Shown piece after piece: positions 61,718-64,000 of a stretch of DNA of 64,000 nucleotides. The notes beneath the pieces are model-generated. The model was given only the letters and a program-made list of their open reading frames with translations, had not been told where the DNA came from and made no database searches. Positions within the stretch are counted from its first letter, which is position 1, and each line of letters opens with the position of its first letter. The position numbers and the translations under genes are program-made. Source of the stretch: Coriobacteriia bacterium (GTDB lineage Bacteria; Actinomycetota; Coriobacteriia; Anaerosomatales; PALSA-660); NCBI GenBank assembly GCA_025361335.1, contig JANYAK010000033.1, positions 21,246 through 85,245 of the forward strand, given 5' to 3'.

Positions 61718-62269
61718 ATGACGACATCGACGGCCGAGGATGCGGAACTGGTGGCTGCGGCGCGTGACGGTGACACCCGAGCGTTCGAGACGCTCGTGCG
61801 CAACCACATCGGCGCGGTATACGGTCACGCCATCCGGTTCTTCGTCGATGCGGGGACCGCGGAGGACGCGGTCCAGGAGGTCTTCTTGAAGGTCCACCGT
61901 TCCCTCGGAGGGTTCGACGGTCGTTCGGCGTTCTCGACATGGCTGTACCGGATCACCCGCAACGTCTGCCTCGACATGTTCCGTCGAGGCAGGAGGCGCG
62001 CCGCTCCGATGGACCCGCTCGACCTCCCGCACATCCCTTCCGGCGAGTTCGCCGACGCGGTCGCGACCTCAGTCGACCTCGAACGCGCCGTCGCCTTCCT
62101 CGCACCCGAGGACCGCGACGCGTTCAACGCGATCGCGCTGTTCGGGCTGTCGTACGCCGACGCGGGCGAGGTCCTCGGGATCCCGGCCGGTACGGTGAAG
62201 TCCCGGGTCTTCCGCGCGCGACGCGGGCTGATAGCCACCCTTGGGCTCGGACAGAAGGAGGCATCGTGA
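61718..62269 (+). CDS. ECF (group 4) sigma-70 factor
   Basis: 183 aa. Region 2 'DAVQEVFLKVHRSLGGFDGRSAFSTWLYRITRNVCLD'. Region 4 'LSYADAGEVLGIPAGTVKSRVFRARRGL'. Confidence 0.9.
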   Translation: MTTSTAEDAELVAAARDGDTRAFETLVRNHIGAVYGHAIRFFVDAGTAEDAVQEVFLKVHRSLGGFDGRSAFSTWLYRITRNVCLDMFRRGRRRAAPMDPLDLPHIPSGEFADAVATSVDLERAVAFLAPEDRDAFNAIALFGLSYADAGEVLGIPAGTVKSRVFRARRGLIATLGLGQKEAS

Positions 62270-63273
62270 TGGACTGCGCCGAATGCATGATGCTTCTGAG
62301 CGCGTCACACGACGGTGAGAGCATCGACGGGGCCGCTGCCGAGGGCCTCACCGAGCACATCGCCGCGTGTCCCGAGTGCTCCGCGTTCGCTTCCGGGCTG
62401 GCCGAGCTCGCCTCGATCCCCGCGTCGGAGGTGCCCGTGGACACGGTCGATCGGGTCCTTGCGACCCTGGACGCGGCCGGTCCGATCGCACCCGAGGTCG
62501 CGGCCCCGACTGCCGTGACCCCCGGACTCGCGGCCGTCCCCAGCGTCCCCGTCCCCCCGCCGTGGTTCACCCGCACCCGCGTCTGGACCGCGACAGGCGC
62601 CATCGCCCTGACCGCCGCCGCGATCATGATCGCGGTCGTTCTCTCGCAACAGGTGACCGGCAGTTCCCCGGACGAGAGGGCCGCGGCCGACGCCATCCAG
62701 CGCTCGCTGTCCGGGGCCCCCGCCTCAGGCGCCCCCGCCTCGCCCTCCCTGATCGGCGCCACGCCGAACACGGCCTCGGCGCAAGCGCCTTCTTACATCG
62801 CCTTCCAGGGACGTGTGTACCGCTCCGTGGGCCCGGCCGACATCGCCGCTTCCGCTTTGACGACGGTCGGCGTGGTCACGACCGCGCTCGACAGCGGCGG
62901 CGCCGCGACCGGCCTGACCGCGCTGCGCTGGTCGACCGACCCGCACGCCCTGGTCCTGGCGCTGCCTTCGGGAAGCCTCGGTGCCTTCACGGCCGTCATC
63001 CGCACGCTCGGCGGCCGAGCCTACCAGCTTACGACCGACTCGGCGCTGTCGCGTTTCGGTGAATGGCCCGGACTGCCCTTGGGACTGACCCCGCCCACCG
63101 CCGCGGACGGTTCGCCCACCTTCCGCGCCGCGGGCAACGATGACCTCGGGGTGCCGGTCTTCGTGCGGATAGGCGACACGCCGAGTCAGGGGGTCGCCGT
63201 GGCGCCGGGTACCACCAGCTCGGATCCGGCGGCGGGCAATCCCTCGTGGACGTGGTGGGTCCCGATCCCCTGA
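62269..63273 (+). CDS. Anti-sigma factor, zf-HC2 type, single-pass membrane protein with extracytoplasmic domain
   Basis: ATG 62269 (M111 of track ORF 61939..63273) overlaps the sigma stop. MDCAECMMLLSASHDGES...HIAACPECSAF carries H-x3-C-x2-C. TM 'VWTATGAIALTAAAIMIAVVL' and a ~210-aa external domain. Confidence 0.8.
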   Translation: MDCAECMMLLSASHDGESIDGAAAEGLTEHIAACPECSAFASGLAELASIPASEVPVDTVDRVLATLDAAGPIAPEVAAPTAVTPGLAAVPSVPVPPPWFTRTRVWTATGAIALTAAAIMIAVVLSQQVTGSSPDERAAADAIQRSLSGAPASGAPASPSLIGATPNTASAQAPSYIAFQGRVYRSVGPADIAASALTTVGVVTTALDSGGAATGLTALRWSTDPHALVLALPSGSLGAFTAVIRTLGGRAYQLTTDSALSRFGEWPGLPLGLTPPTAADGSPTFRAAGNDDLGVPVFVRIGDTPSQGVAVAPGTTSSDPAAGNPSWTWWVPIP

Positions 63274-63278
63274 CCGCG

Positions 63279-64000
63279 CTACAGCACCAGCATCGCGTCG
63301 CCGAACGACAGGAAGCGGTACTCCTCGCGTCGCGCCGTGTCGTACGCGCGCATGACGAGTTCCCGGCCCGCGAACGCGCTCACCATCATGAGCAGCGTCG
63401 ATCGCGGCACGTGGAAGTTCGTGATGAGCGCGTCCACGGCGCCGAACCTGAACCCGGGCAGGATGAACAGATCGGTCGACCCACGGGCTTCGACGACGGC
63501 CTGCGTCTCTTCGTCGAAGGCGCTCTCGAGCGCACGGACCGTCGTCGTGCCGACCGCGAACACCCGGCCCCCGCGCTCGCGACAGTCATTGACCGCCGTG
63601 GCGGTCCACGAGGGCACCCTGAACCGCTCGGTATGGATGCGGTGGGCGGTCGGCTCGGCTTCGCTGACGGGCCGGAACGTGTCGAGGCCGACATCGAGGT
63701 CGACCCGTGCGATATGCCCCCCCTTCTCCTGCACGCGATCCAGAAGCGCTTGCGTGAAGTGGAGCCCGGCCGTGGGTGCGGCGGCACTGTGCTCGTCCGT
63801 GCCGAAGACGGTCTGGTAGAGTTCGGGATCCTCAAGCGGGCGCGTGATGTAGGGGGGCAGCGGCACTTCGCCGATGCGGTGGATCACGTCGATGACCCGT
63901 CCGCTGGTGGCACTGAACTGCACGAGCCGCCCACCGGAATCGGGGAGCACCCCGACGACGAGACCCGACATCTCCAGATCGCCGAACAGTATCCGCGTGC
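63279..64000 (-). CDS. queA: S-adenosylmethionine:tRNA ribosyltransferase-isomerase (C-terminal ~240 codons; 5' end beyond window end)
   Basis: Motifs 'GEVPLPPYI', 'YQTVF', 'SAAAPTAGLHFT', 'VGTTTVRALES' and 'LITNFHVPRSTLLMMVSAF'. The reading frame stays open to the window edge. Confidence 0.92.
   Translation of the reverse strand, partial: TRILFGDLEMSGLVVGVLPDSGGRLVQFSATSGRVIDVIHRIGEVPLPPYITRPLEDPELYQTVFGTDEHSAAAPTAGLHFTQALLDRVQEKGGHIARVDLDVGLDTFRPVSEAEPTAHRIHTERFRVPSWTATAVNDCRERGGRVFAVGTTTVRALESAFDEETQAVVEARGSTDLFILPGFRFGAVDALITNFHVPRSTLLMMVSAFAGRELVMRAYDTARREEYRFLSFGDAMLVL

Overview
High-GC bacterial chromosome segment. My spot counts of single 60-nt lines gave about 73% G+C in aroB and about 58-60% in the pilin genes. 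It is very gene-dense, and I call 60 CDS, 58 of them on the minus strand. I found no rRNA, tRNA, CRISPR array, transposase or integrase.

The backbone is conserved housekeeping with a gene order shared by Actinomycetota and Firmicutes. In minus-strand transcription order it reads: queA(partial)-tgt-yajC-HD-secD-secF-recJ*-rel-MBL-hisS-aspS-lipoprotein-rarA-DUF948-antisigma/sigma(SigF-like)-AI-2E permease-alaS-ruvX-mltG-mltG-ABC-ABC2-helical repeat protein-HAD(YqeG)-aroE-[type IV pilus cluster]-aroC-aroK-aroB-aroQ-pepP-efp-pycB-accC-asp23-nusB-xseB-dxs-tlyA-nadK-recN-steA(partial). The recN-steA adjacency and the aroC-K-B-Q-pepP-efp block point to a (probably deep-branching) actinobacterium, but I cannot assign taxonomy from sequence alone.

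Two loci stand out.

1. A ~17.4-kb monoderm-type type IV pilus cluster (15.5-32.9 kb) is inserted between aroE and aroC. It has two full-length PilB-type ATPase paralogues and no PilT. Between the two PilB genes sits a four-gene small-GTPase module: a Roadblock/LC7 protein, a DUF4388 protein with tandem MshEN-like (c-di-GMP receptor-like) motifs, a P-loop GTPase, and a Pro/Glu-repeat membrane protein. This resembles a kinase-less conservon or an MglA/MglB switch. It is my best candidate for an undescribed regulatory system.

2. A single 1209-codon ORF fuses a complete RecJ exonuclease, a HIRAN domain and a RecQ-like SF2 helicase.

Other notable points:
- A 13-gene chain (44.4 to 31.2 kb) has overlapping or near-abutting start and stop codons.
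- There are tandem MltG paralogues.
- accC plus pycB look like a split pyruvate carboxylase.
- An in-frame 36-bp repeat and an in-frame 27-bp repeat lie in the GTPase-module genes.
- A 32-bp tandem duplication sits at the 3' end of the MBL-fold gene.

Many gene starts were re-assigned from the ORF track by counting residues. High GC produces long spurious N-terminal extensions and antisense ORFs. No searches or alignments were run, so every family call rests on motifs I read in the translations.
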